DNA of 64,000 nt, from the NCBI GenBank assembly GCA_013239625.1, contig MU053934.1:11633003-11697002 (forward strand). Reading direction: 5' to 3'. A program made the translations under genes and the position numbers. This DNA comes from Lama guanicoe. Lineage: Eukaryota. Positions 36,061 to 47,560 of the stretch are shown here, one piece after another (the first letter of the stretch is position 1; each line of letters starts with the position of its first letter). The notes below the pieces were generated by a model that saw only the letters and a program-made list of their open reading frames with translations, searched no databases and was not told where the DNA came from.

Positions 36061-36208
36061 GGACTTGCTGGTCACCAGGGATCGGCTCACACAGCTATGG
36101 AGGCCAAGAGGCCCTACGACCCGTCACCTGGAATAGGTACTTGCTGGTCACCAGGGATCGGCTCACACAGCTATGGAGGCCAAGAGGCCCTACGACCCGT
36201 CACCTGGA
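36057..36208. repeat. 76-bp tandem duplication (2 copies, 1 mismatch)
   Basis: 36057-36132 repeated at 36133-36208. Confidence 0.95.
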
Positions 36209-36434
36209 AGCTGAAGGCCCAGGGAGCTGGCGGTGCGACTCAGTCTGAGTGCGGAGGCCTGAGCCCGGGGGAGCCCCGGTGTAAAGCCCCTCCGTCAGGT
36301 GAAGGTAAGATGCCGCAGCTCAGCCGAGGGGCCAGCTCCTCCCTCCCCGGCTCTCATTCTGTTTGGGCCCCAGACGTGAGCCCCCTGCGTGGGGACAACG
36401 TCTCGTTGCTCAGCCTCCAACACAGGAAATGGGG

Positions 36435-36906
36435 CGCGAGAGGACGGTGAGTCCCTGGGACGCGCCCCTGCCCGAGTGAGGGCCCTTGGCTTTGGGCAGG
36501 AAAGCATTCAAGAGCGAGCCACGGGGTAGTGAACGTAGATGTATTCAGAGAGGCGCACACGCCGCAGACAGAGCGCAGCCGTCTCGGCGGGGAGGGCGGC
36601 CGCGAGGCGTGGGGGCTAGTTTTAAGGGTTCAGTTATTTCATAAGCTACACGTGGGGGGGTCATGCCAACCAGTCGGGGGAGGGGCGGGGACTCCCTGGA
36701 CTGGGCCGCTGCCCACCTCTTGCCCATTCACGGTCGGCTCGGGACAGCTGCGGCTCCCATGGGAGTGTCATTCGCGGCGTTAACACGTCACAGTGAGCGC
36801 ACAGTGAAGGTCAAGGTCGACTGGCACTGACTCTTCCGCCATCTTGGTGCTCATGTCTGTGCTGTTCCTTGAACGGCTGGTCCCTGCCCACTTCCCTTCG
36901 GTCTCA
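36435..36906 (-). mobile_element. ERV1 solo LTR (laurasiatherian, ERV54-EC_LTR-like)
   Basis: gggcccttggctttgggcaggaaagcattcaagagcgagccac...cttccgccatcttgg...ccctgcccacttcccttcggtctca. Confidence 0.7.
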
Positions 36907-37819
36907 CCCTGACCCTAAGCTCATCCAGAGACACGTCAGACTCACGGAGAAGCGATCCAGGCCAAGCGCCCTGCGGCCCGACAGGGTGACACATGAAGGA
37001 AAACCCCAGCTCTCAGCCCAGGTCCCGACTCGAGTCCCACAGTCGTCTGCGCACCAGCTCGGGGGGAGACGGACCCTGGGGGGCTCCCGGCACTGGGGTC
37101 CCGGGAGAGCCATGGGCAGAAGGCGGGGTGTGGACACGGGGAGATGAGGGGGACAAGGAGAGGGCTTGGGAGGAAGTGAGCCCGCTTTGCCGTGTGAGTT
37201 TATGAAATTGCTGTAGTTTTGGCCAAAGAAATTTTTAGTGAAGCAATTTTAAATCAGAATTTTATTTCGAGGCCTCTGAATACCAGTTAAACCTGGCGCG
37301 CAGGCAGCCCGAGAAATGGTTCTGCTTTTCTCTACAGCACCTCCCCAGTGACCAGCTGTGCTCAGTGTCCGCACAGTGGCCCCGGGAGACCCACGTGGTC
37401 CTTGGTGGAGCCGAGCCATTCAGGAAGATGGGTGTGAGGATTAGGGCCCCTGGGAGCAGGAGACCCCTGGGGGAGACCGGATTTGGACCCTGACGTCCAG
37501 GCAGGGCTGCTGGTGGACCTGGGACGGTGACCCTCTGGTGCCTTGTGTCTCTGACCCCAGCTGGGTGCCAGCCTGTGGCCCTGCAGCAGAAAGCCAGAGA
37601 GAACCCCGTCTCTGGACCAAAGCCAGGCTCTCAGGGCACAAATCAAGGTGGGAGGCAAACTGGTCCAGTGTGACCAGTGCCCACAGCGAAGTGTGACAGG
37701 TGGACGTGGTCCAGTGAGAAGGGCAGCGCCTCCCATCCATTGAGCCAGCTGGGACCACAGTCTCACACAGCCTGTGCCCGGGGTCCCCTTGTGAGACGCC
37801 GCTTTCCAACGGCACAGCA

Positions 37820-38310
37820 CACAAGGCTCCCACAACAGCAGAACTGCACGAGAAGGAACGGCCTGATGCCACCAAGGACACCAGACGAATGGGACCAACG
37901 GCAAACCTGGTGCCAAACTGAGACCAAATGGCCAAGGGCCTCCACCCAGACAACAGAGTTCAGACGGGGCTGACCGACCCGTCGGCACACAGCAAGGCCA
38001 TGGGGCCAGGAGCTGGGAGGTCGGGGTCCTGGTGACGGGATGGGCAGAGCTGACCACGTCATGGAGGGACCACCATGAAAACCGTGAAGAAAAGCATGAC
38101 CACCCAAAGACAGAGGCCATTTATCTGAGATGGCGGAAGCCAGGGCGCCAGCCCATCGTGGTGACAGTAGAGACGAGCAGGCACGAAGGGCAGCTCGGGC
38201 GAGCCCTGACCGTGCAGCACACAGAGGCAGGACATCCAGTGTCACTGGTTAGCGGGCAGATTTGCTTTCTCTGGTTGCTCCTGAGTTGGAAGCAGGAACG
38301 AAAATTAGGA
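37820..38310 (+). mobile_element. Highly degraded, GC-shifted L1 3' region
   Basis: caccaaggacaccagacga...accaaatggccaagggcctccacccagaca...agttcagacggggctgacc resembles L1 ORF2 3' landmarks. Confidence 0.4.
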
Positions 38311-38399
38311 CAGCAGGGGGTCAGTCCTGGGCTGACGGTGGCAGAGGGACTGGGCGCTGCTCCCTGGGGGCTGGCACCCTCCTGCCGCGTGTGGTCCGG

Positions 38400-38880
38400 C
38401 GCCGTCCGTCCCGTCTGCGTGTCCACCGTCCTCTGATTTCCCCTCCTGTAACCACAGCAAACGCCGCTGTAGTTTCAAGCAGAAGTGGCACCACCCTCAT
38501 TAGTTCTATTCACTGTGCATCGTTTCCTAAGCTGCCTTCCGTCTTCACAAGCAGGCACGCATCCCTCTTCATGGGGCGCCGCCCTCAACGCCGTCTCTAG
38601 GGGGGCTGATGCCCCATCTGACAAATGAGTCTCACCTAAGACTTAGGTGGTTTCTAATTTCCATTATTATAAACAACCCTGCAACCAACAACCGGATAGC
38701 AGCTCCTTGGCGGCGTCCATGGGCGGATCCGTCAGTCTCTCCGCAGATCCGGGGTCCTGAGCGCGCTGCAGGGCCGTGCTCATGGCAGGAGACTGTCAGC
38801 TTTCCTTGCATGTGTCCAGACCTCCTCCCCGAAAACAGTGAAAATTTAAGCAGCAGTAGGGGGGTTGCATTTTTCTAAAA
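38400..38880 (-). mobile_element. L1ME-type 3' fragment (also at ~40797-41278)
   Basis: cttaggtggtttctaatttccattattataaacaaccctgcaacc resembles reverse L1 catttaggttgtttccaa...attataaacaatgctgcaa. Confidence 0.55.
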
Positions 38881-39696
38881 GCTGCGCCGCTGCTGAGTCT
38901 AAAGGAGACGAGGAGGACAAGGGCGGAGGTGGCTGTGACGGCTCTGCAGGACTGGAGGGCTCTGCGCTGTTCCCTGTCCCCTCCTCGGCCACAGCAGCCA
39001 GAGAAGACGCCTGCCCACATCCAGGCTCCCAGCTGGACGAAACCCACGTCCTCCGCCCTGTCCGGACCCCACCTCCCTGGGTGCTCCACCCAGCCCTCAG
39101 CATTTCACCCCGTCTGCCCCAGTCTCACCGGCTGCCCCCAGCAAGACAGCTCACCCCTTGGGGTCTCTGCTCTGAGCTCTCTGTGCCCCGTCCCCGCGCC
39201 CCGACCTCCCTCCATCCAGCTGCTCAGATGAGAGGTCTGCATGCCAGATGTTTATTTTGTCCTCAACATCCAGCCCAGTGAAAATCTTTTTAGATTTCAT
39301 CATTTAAATGTCAGTTGTGGGGCCTGCTTCCTGCTCCCCCAGGGAATCCACATGCGGGGGGTGGGGGGCAGGAGGTCAGCAGGTGCCTCTCGCCAGCCGC
39401 ACCGCTGGTGTGAAGCCGGGGGAGGAGCACCCGGACGGCTGCCGGGTCAAAGGGTGAACAGGTGAGGGGATGGACCAGGGTGCCCTCTGCTCATTCTCTG
39501 TTAGAGCAGGAACCCCTCCCCTTCCTTTGAGCTGCAAGAGCCTTTGCCTCCGCCATGCTTAACCCCTTCCTGACGGCGCAGCTGCTTCTTTGTTGCCTGC
39601 AGTGGGATTATTTTAGGCGTCTTGAGACTCCATTTGTTTGCACGCCCGAGTCAGATATGCCAGAAATATCCACTGTTTTCTGCCTTTGATTCCACT

Positions 39697-39986
39697 CTTT
39701 TTTTAACTGACGTAGACTCGATGTACAGATTTACCACGCGGGGTCAGTTTCTGGTGCCCAGCGTCGTGTCTCAGTCATACGCACACACACCTATGTTCCT
39801 CTCCATGGTCTTTTTCATTGTAGGTCACTGCAAGGTACTGAATATAGTTCCCTGTGCTGCACAGAAAAAACCCGTTGTTTGTCTATTTTATATATAGCAG
39901 TTAGTGTCTGCAGATCTCAGCCTCGGTTTATCCCTTCCCACCCCTTTGCTTTCTGTGTCTTTGAGTCTGTTTCTGTTTTGTAAATA
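39697..39986 (-). mobile_element. Artiodactyl/camelid L1 3' UTR fragment
   Basis: poly-T, gtttctggtg, tgaatatagttccctgtgctg, tgagtctgtttctgttttgtaaata. Confidence 0.8.
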
Positions 39987-40542
39987 TGACTCCATTCTTA
40001 ACACGAAATTGCCACCACAAAGGTTGAATCAATAGTCATGTCTTTTTCCTGATCGCTTTGTTTACACTAAGATCGTTAATCCTGTCAAGATTTGCTCAAG
40101 AATGTAGAGCAGGGTGACCTCTCCTTCCCGAGTTTACCTGTATCCAGCCCCACTCTGCCTGGCTGAGTCGGCCATCCTTCCCTGCACCTGCGGCACAGAG
40201 CGGGTCCAACACCTGAGCCCCCAGCGTGCTCCCCCCTCCCTCGCCAGGTGGACCCTGCGCATCCACTTCTGCCCACGGCCAGTCTCCAGGGCTCTGTTTC
40301 TCTGGGACCCTGTGTGTCTGCAGGTGGCCACCCCCGTCCCACCCAGGTGCGAGCACAGATGCCAGTGGGGCTCGCAGCTGCCGCGTCATCCTGGACCCAA
40401 AGTCAAACCCCATAGCAGCTCCTGGACGGCACGTTCCTCTTAGACTACAAAGCACACAGACCACAGCCAAAATTCCACAGCCAACCCGCCCTCCGAGCAC
40501 ACGACCGTCCTTCACGAAGACCCCGGGACCTTCAGAAAGAAG

Positions 40543-40635
40543 CTTCCCTGAGCCCTGGGTGGGGGCTTCCCTGAGCCCTGTGGGGGGGGGCTTCCCTGAG
40601 CCCTGGGTGGGGGGCTTCCCTGAGCCCTGGGTGGG
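40543..40635. repeat. 23-25 bp minisatellite, truncated by gap (4 units)
   Basis: cttccctgagccctgggtggggg units. Confidence 0.95.
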
Positions 40636-40736
40636 NNNNNNNNNNNNNNNNNNNNNNNNNNNNNNNNNNNNNNNNNNNNNNNNNNNNNNNNNNNNNNNNN
40701 NNNNNNNNNNNNNNNNNNNNNNNNNNNNNNNNNNNN
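40636..40736. other. Assembly gap (~100 N)
   Basis: Run of N between the two duplicate copies. Confidence 1.
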
Positions 40737-43033
40737 GGCAGAGGGACTGGGCGCTGCTCCCTGGGGGCTGGCACCCTCCTGCCGCGTGTGGTCCGGCGCC
40801 GTCCGTCCCGTCTGCGTGTCCACCGTCCTCTGATTTCCCCTCCTGTAACCACAGCAAACGCCGCTGTAGTTTCAAGCAGAAGTGGCACCACCCTCATTAG
40901 TTCTATTCACTGTGCATCGTTTCCTAAGCTGCCTCCCGTCTTCACAGGCAGGCGCGCGTCCCGCTTCATGGGGCGCCGCCCTCAACGCCGTCTCTAGGGG
41001 GGCTGATGCTCCATCTGACAAATGAGTCTCACCTAAGACTTAGGTGGTTTCTAATTTCCATTATTATAAACAACCCTGCAACCAACAACCGGATAGCAGC
41101 TCCTTGGCGGCGTCCATGGGCGGATCCGTCAGTCTCTCCGCAGATCCGGGGTCCTGAGCGCGCTGCAGGGCCGTGCTCATGGCAGGAGACTGTCAGCTTT
41201 CCTTGCATGTGTCCAGACCTCCTCCCCGAAAACAGTGAAAATTTAAGCAGCAGTAGGGGGGGTTGCACTTTTCTAAAAGCTGCGCCGCTGCTGAGTCTAA
41301 AGGAGACGAGGAGGACAAGGGCAGAGGTGGCTGTGACGGCTCTGCAGGACTGGAGGGCTCTGCGCTGTTCCCTGTCCCCTCCTCGGCCACAGCAGCCAGA
41401 GAAGACGCCTGCCCACATCCAGGCTCCCAGCTGGACGAAACCCACGTCCTCCGCCCTGTCCGGACCCCACCTCCCTGGGTGCTCCGCCCAGCCCTCAGCA
41501 TTTCACCCCGTCTGCCCCAGTCTCACCGGCTGCCCCCAGCAAGACAGCTCACCCCTTGGGGTCTCTGCTCTGAGCTCTCTGTGCCCCGTCCCCGCGCCCC
41601 GACCTCCCTCCATCCAGCTGCTCAGATGAGAGGTCTGCATGCCAGATGTTTATTTTGTCCTCAACATCCAGCCCAGTGAAAATCTTTTTAGATTTCATCA
41701 TTTAAATGTCAGTTGTGGGGCCTGCTTCCTGCTCCCCCAGGGAATCCACATGCGGGGGGTGGGGGGCAGGAGGTCAGCAGGTGCCTCTCGCCAGCCGCAC
41801 CGCTGGTGTGAAGCCGGGGGAGGAGCACCCGGACGGCTGCCGGGTCAAAGGGTGAACAGGTGAGGGGATGGACCAGGGTGCCCTCTGCTCATTCTCTGTT
41901 AGAGCAGGAACCCCTCCCCTTCCTTTGAGCTGCAAGAGCCTTTGCCTCCGCCATGCTTAACCCCTTCCTGACGGCGCAGCTGCTTCTTTGTTGCCTGCAG
42001 TGGGATTATTTTAGGCGTCTTGAGACTCCATTTGTTTGCACGCCCGAGTCAGATATGCCAGAAATATCCACTGTTTTCTGCCTTTGATTCCACTCTTTTT
42101 TTAACTGACGTAGACTCGATGTACAGATTTACCACGCGGGGTCAGTTTCTGGTGCCCAGCGTCGTGTCTCAGTCATACGCACACACACCTATGTTCCTCT
42201 CCATGGTCTTTTTCATTGTAGGTCACTGCAAGGTACTGAATATAGTCCCCTGTGCTGCACAGAAAAAACCCGTTGTTTGTCTATTTTATATATAGCAGTT
42301 AGTGTCTGCAGATCTCAGCCTCGGTTTATCCCTTCCCACCCCTTTGCTTTCTGTGTCTTTGAGTCTGTTTCTGTTTTGTAAATATGACTCCATTCTTAAC
42401 ACGAAATTGCCACCACAAAGGTTGAATCAATAGTCATGTCTTTTTCCTGATCGCTTTGTTTACACTAAGATCGTTAATCCTGTTGAGATTTGCTCAAGAA
42501 TGTAGAGCAGGGTGACCTCTCCTTCCCGAGTTTACCTGTATCCAGCCCCACTCTGCCTGGCTGAGTCGGCCATCCTTCCCTGCACCTGCGGCACAGAGCG
42601 GGTCCAACACCTGAGCCCCCAGCGTGCTCCCCCCTCCCTCGCCAGGTGGACCCTGCGCATCCACTTCTGCCCACGGCCAGTCTCCAGGGCTCTGTTTCTC
42701 TGGGACCCTGTGTGTCTGCAGGTGGCCACCCCCGTCCCACCCAGGTGCGAGCACAGATGCCAGTGGGGCTCGCAGCTGCCGCGTCATCCTGGACCCAAAG
42801 TCAAACCCCATAGCAGCTCCTGGACGGCACGTTCCTCTTAGACTACAAAGCACACAGACCACAGCCAAAATTCCACAGCCAACCCGCCCTCCGAGCACAC
42901 GACCGTCCTTCACGAAGACCCCGGGACCTTCAGAAAGAAGCTTCCCTGAGCCCTGGGTGGGGGCTTCCCTGAGCCCTGTGGGGGGGGGCTTCCCTGAGCC
43001 CTGGGTGGGGGGCTTCCCTGAGCCCTGGGTGGG
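40737..43033 (+). repeat. Duplicated segment, copy B
   Basis: Near-identical to 38340-40635; starts exactly at the gap edge. Confidence 0.97.
42095..42384 (-). mobile_element. Artiodactyl/camelid L1 3' UTR fragment (copy B)
   Basis: Duplicate of 39697-39986. Confidence 0.8.
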
Positions 43034-43175
43034 AACCTCCCTGAGCCCTGGGTGGGGGCTTCCCTGAGCCCTGGGTGGGGGGCTTCCCTGAGCCCTGGGT
43101 GGGAACCTCCCTGAGCCCTGGGTGGGGGCTTCCCTGAGCCCTGGGTTGGGGGGCTTCCCTGAGCCCTGGGTGGGG
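42941..43175. repeat. Minisatellite/VNTR, 10 units of 23-25 bp
   Basis: Units start at 42941, 42964, 42989, 43013, 43036, 43059, 43083, 43106, 43129, 43154; consensus CTTCCCTGAGCCCTGGGTGGGGG. Confidence 0.97.
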
Positions 43176-44180
43176 CTCCCACCTCCCTCCCGTGTGCACC
43201 GACACCGAGGAGGGGGCTGCTCTTGGCCTGGGTCTTGGGTCTCCATGAAGCGGACTTCCATGCAGAACCGTGACTTCAGGGCCACTTCCCTCCCATGGGA
43301 GGGAGATTCATCGCCACTCATCACCCGTAGGAGGGGCGCCTCCTGCCCGTGGGTGTCGGCCGCGGCGCTGGGCCGCAGAAGGCGGGCAGGCCGAGCCCCC
43401 GTGCCTGACAGGAGTGCGGGGCTTGTGCCCGGCGGGGGGTCCTCTCCCCAGAGCCACGGGCGCTGCAAGGGCTGCTCCCACCGCAGACGGGGCAGAGGCC
43501 GCCTCCAGCGGCCAGGCCTCCCGGAAGTGAGACGTCCTCGCTGGGGCTTGTTCGTTTGAGAAACGCCTGGGAGGTTGTGTGAAAGCAAACTGTGAAGCTG
43601 TGTGGAACCATGTCCTCGCTGAAAGTGTGACTCGCTGAGTCCGTCATCTCTGTCCTCCCCCGCCCCCGGAGACCGGCGCCTCTCCCGCCTTCACAGTGAC
43701 GTGGATCCAGTGGACGGAGCCCTGGACCGGGGCCTGGGACCTCTGTCATGTGACCAGCCAGGGACTCTGAAACACCTGTCACTGCACTTGGACGCTGGTG
43801 AGGAGGGGACTTACTTCAGGCCCACCATCCTTTCTGGAAACTGATCACAGACGACAGCGGCCAGAGCTTTGTGAGGAAAACCGTGGACTCAAGTCAGGAG
43901 CTATTAGGCTGGGTGACACCTAACTCCTCCTTCTGCTGCAAATTCTGTCTTTACAAAGGAAAATACCTCCATTCATGATTTCAACTCTTACATTTCTTAT
44001 TTTCTTCTCAAGTTTTCTGGGGTCCCAGTTGACTTCAATCTAATACATGTATTATTGATGGAGAACACAATAAATTTCAACCTTCAAACACTTATTTTAA
44101 ACTAAGAACCATTGGATCTTGGGCAAAATCTTTAACTGTCCTCCACATTCTAGTCATAGCTTTAAAGAGGCCAATGTAGA

Positions 44181-44536
44181 TGTACCTGTCAGTGCTGCCA
44201 CAGCAGTGGTGCGTAACAAACTACCCCCAACCCAGCAGTTCCTGTAAGATGTGCTTATTCATGCTGACAAGTCTACAAGGCGACTGCAGAGGGACTGGTC
44301 CAAACCGACCGACCCAGGCTGCAGAGCTGAGGGCCGGGATCACATCTGCTTCATGGGGACCATGCTGTGTCCCAGGCAGAAGGGGCAGAGCCACCTGGGG
44401 CCTGATCACAGGACCCCAAGGTCTCCAGGGCCAGGCCGTGTAAGCACACTGGCACAACTCATGCCCTTTGACACTCAGTTGGCCGCGGCAGACACCTGGC
44501 CAAGCCCACACTTACTAAGGTGGGAAAACGCTTTCC
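44181..44536 (-). mobile_element. Old MaLR LTR (MLT1I/J-like)
   Basis: gtgcgtaacaaactaccccca...acatctgcttcatg...cagttggccgcggcagacacctggccaagccca...ggtgggaaa. Confidence 0.65.
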
Positions 44537-45834
44537 AGGGACATCAGCAGGAAAAGGGTTTAAATGTTTGCAGAATAACTGGATGTGATGCACCCACAGG
44601 AGAATCAGGTTTAAAACACCTGAAAAAGAAATTACTGTTAAGGAAGCAACCGTGGGCTGGTTGAACCCTGTTCGTGCAAGCTCTGACCCGACGTCTCGTG
44701 CAGGGAGACACGGACTGGGGGCAACTTGCCAGCGTCTGCAGAGCACACCGCGGCTCCTCCCGTCTGCACCTCGCGGTCTGACGCTTTCCTCACAGGGCGA
44801 AACAAAACCTCCGTGCAAGCCAGGAATCTTCATACATTTGTGAAATTATTACTACTGTCATGTATGTATTAATTTTGATATTATTATTAATAACCACGTA
44901 AGTTCTACTGGTGTGGTCCCTGCAACATTTTTATTTATAAATTTGTTTATGAATTTGCCAGTTGATCTCTAAATAGGGTTAGGGTTCACACCGCTGGGGA
45001 AAAATTAGCTCCACATCAGCGATCCGACATGAAAATGTTCTGGCGAAAGCCGCGGGCGAACCCCTCACAGTGCTCAGGAGACGCCAGGGCTGAGCCGGGA
45101 GCGCTCAGTCCCTCGTTACTGAGTCTCTGGAAACGGTTCGCAGCTCCACGGCTGAGGGGTGCTTCGCCGGGGCCGTGTCCTCCTCCGTGCCGCAGTGTGG
45201 TCTTCGCGTCGCTGACCGGACCACCTCAGAAACCAGCCTGTCTGCCCTCCACCCACTGCCAGAAACGAGAGTTTGAGTTCAGTTATTCCAAAACAAAAAC
45301 GGACATTTTGAGGGTGAATCCTTCAGCGTTTAGCTGGACCGTATCGGGCACCCCTGCGCAGAGGGTCCGCTCCGTCAGTCCCCAGGGCCCCTGTCCCAGC
45401 AGCTCACCTGCAGCCACGCACCCCCACCTCGGCACTCACAGCGTCTTCATCACCCGTACGTACAGTTTTCCATTTGAATCACTCACTTTTTCCCCCGAGT
45501 ACTTCTATTTTGAAGAAAGAAGATACAGGTTGGAAGGCTGGTTATATTTTTTACAATACCTTTAAGATATAAGCATTAAAATTAAAAAATGATAGTCCCT
45601 GTGCCACCACAACCATCCCACATGCCCCACTTCCTCGTCTGCGGACGGGCTGAGGGTGCTCAGCGCGGGGCGGCCCTGGGCTGCGGGGGCCGTGCCCCTG
45701 CCCTGCCCCTGGGACGTGCTGGATGCCGGTCGCTGCTCTTGCATCAGTGCCAGATCGGCCTCTGTTCCTGGCCTTCCAGCCCGATGCTCAGCTGCGCCCG
45801 GCAGGCACGCTCAGGTCCTGCTCTCCCAGGTTGC

Positions 45835-45866
45835 GGTCCCTGGGTCCCTGGGTCCCTGGGTCCCTG
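45835..45866. repeat. (GGTCCCTG)4 perfect tandem repeat
   Basis: Directly visible. Confidence 0.9.
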
Positions 45867-46559
45867 GCCTGTCCTGGCCACAGTCACAGCTCACAGCTAT
45901 TCAGCCGGCACACTCTCGGGCGGCTGGGCCCTGCACCCACGTTTACTCACTTAGCGCTTGTCCACCGCGCAGCAGGAGCGGCAGGCAGGGAGGTTATGAA
46001 GCTGCTGCAGGTCCCCGGAGTCCACGGTGAGGAAGGCGCCCAGGAATGTGCGCTGGGGGCGAGAAGGAGCCAGCAGGTGCCACGCAGCCACCGGGCAGCC
46101 ATCCAGAAGCTGACCCGGGGAAGGAGGTCTGAGAGGGGCCACCTTTCTGTAAAGCGGCAGGCTCGTTTCACTGTGGCCCTTAAAGGCGGTCCCCTCCTGT
46201 CTTCCCTCTGCTGGGTCAGGCCAGGAGCCCCCTGTCCCGGGTCGTGAGGGGTTGGGGGGTGCCTGACCTTTTCTCATACGACAGTCAGGGAGAACTGGGA
46301 GAAGGTGGGGGGGGTGGGAATTGCTAAGACTTAACAGAAGTAGCTCCCGTTTCGCTGGTCCAGCCGGGTGGGTGGGCCAGATCTGCGCAGCCTTCTCTCC
46401 TTCTTTGCAGCCCGCTGGTAGCTCGTCTGGGACGTGGGCGCACAGACGGGGGCCAGCCACGTTGTCCTCGCCTCTGGCTCAGGGGAGGCTCTTCCTGTTC
46501 AGTGTGAATTTGCCGTGTTCCCCGCCCCCCGCCCCCGCCCCCGCAGCCCCGCGATTGAG

Positions 46560-47560
46560 CTGGAATATGCGTGTGAGACTCAGAATGGCTTCTGCGTGTT
46601 TTCGGCTGACACACTGGCCCCCACTCTACACGGTGCGCAGTTTGCACACGTCCGCGGCCCCGGCCCCAGCCCATCCCTACACGGCCCCCTCCCCTTGGGC
46701 CACACTGACCAGCTCAGACACCCAGGAGCCCTGGATCTCCTGGCAGACCCTCAGGGTCCCTCTGGGACGTCCCAGGAGAGCTCTCGGACCTCTGTGCCCT
46801 GCTCTCACGCAGACGCCCACGTCCCCGTGCCCGCCCAGTGCCCGCAGCGCCGTCCTGGGGCCGAGACGTGGCCTCTCCCTCTTGGGCTCTTGTGCGTCGT
46901 GTGTGCCTCCGAGGACCGGCGAGCCGGCAGGCTGGGTGTGTGGGGACGCTGTGGTTTGCCTCCGCGTTCCGCTGGGCGCTGGCTTTTCCTTTCTGGATGC
47001 GGCGCTCCTGGTGCCATCTAGGCAGGATCCCTCACAGTGATGGATATTGTAACATTTCCTCTCTCCTCTCGTCTGAGCAAAGCATCGCTCACCGAAGGTG
47101 AGCCCTGAGGCCTGATACAGACCCTGAGATTTGACTTCTCCCACCCCGGGCGGCGGTGAATCTCTCCCGACCCTGAGGCACCAGGGATGTCTGTCTGCTT
47201 GTCCCGCTGTCGCTTCTGACGCTCCGCCTCTCACGTTCACTCTGCGTGCACCCGACACTGTCTTGCATGTGGGGTGTTGGGGAATCCAGCTTCCTCTCCC
47301 CCCATACAGTGCGTCTTCCCCCACAGCGTCTCTACAGAGCCTCCTTCTCCTCATTAACTGGGTTCCATCCAGCTCCCCAGGTGCCTGGCTTTGCACCAAG
47401 GCCACTGTAGCCATTACCGCCGCCTCCTCCTTCACCCTCACCCTGACCCTGGGGCTTTACCACTCGGCAGGGCCAGCCTTCCCGCCTGGTCCTTCTGCTG
47501 TCACAGCTGACCATGCCCCTCCCCTCCCAGAGGGATGACTCAGCAGTGACACGACCCAGC
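46560..47560 (-). mobile_element. Degraded, GC-shifted L1 ORF2/3' region
   Basis: tggatattgtaacatttcctctc and ttgcatgtggggtgttggggaatccagcttc resemble reverse L1 landmarks. Confidence 0.45.

Larger units (their letters stand above)
35951..36375 (-). mobile_element. MLT2B-like ERVL LTR (3' portion)
   Basis: tgtgccagtcaggactctccagggagacagaacca...ggctcacacagctatggaggccaag...ctcagtctgagtgcggaggcctgag. Confidence 0.85.
38340..40635 (+). repeat. Duplicated segment, copy A (~2.3 kb)
   Basis: Near-identical to 40737-43033 (offset 2397/2398); ends inside the VNTR at the gap. Confidence 0.97.

Noticed and set aside
38633-38649. CACCTAAG-A-CTTAGGTG inverted repeat
   Set aside because: Short, inside an L1 remnant; likely chance or template switching, with no functional support
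42941-43175. CRISPR-like array
   Set aside because: Head-to-tail units with no unique spacers, in mammalian DNA
42494-43588. 364-aa minus-strand ORF with repeated PTQGSGKP/GLREAP
   Set aside because: Translation of the stop-free VNTR whose units are not a constant multiple of 3; no domain or splice context
44974-44986. Telomere-like TAGGGTTAGGGTT (and CCCTCA/CCCTGA near 47435)
   Set aside because: Only two or three units; not an interstitial telomeric array
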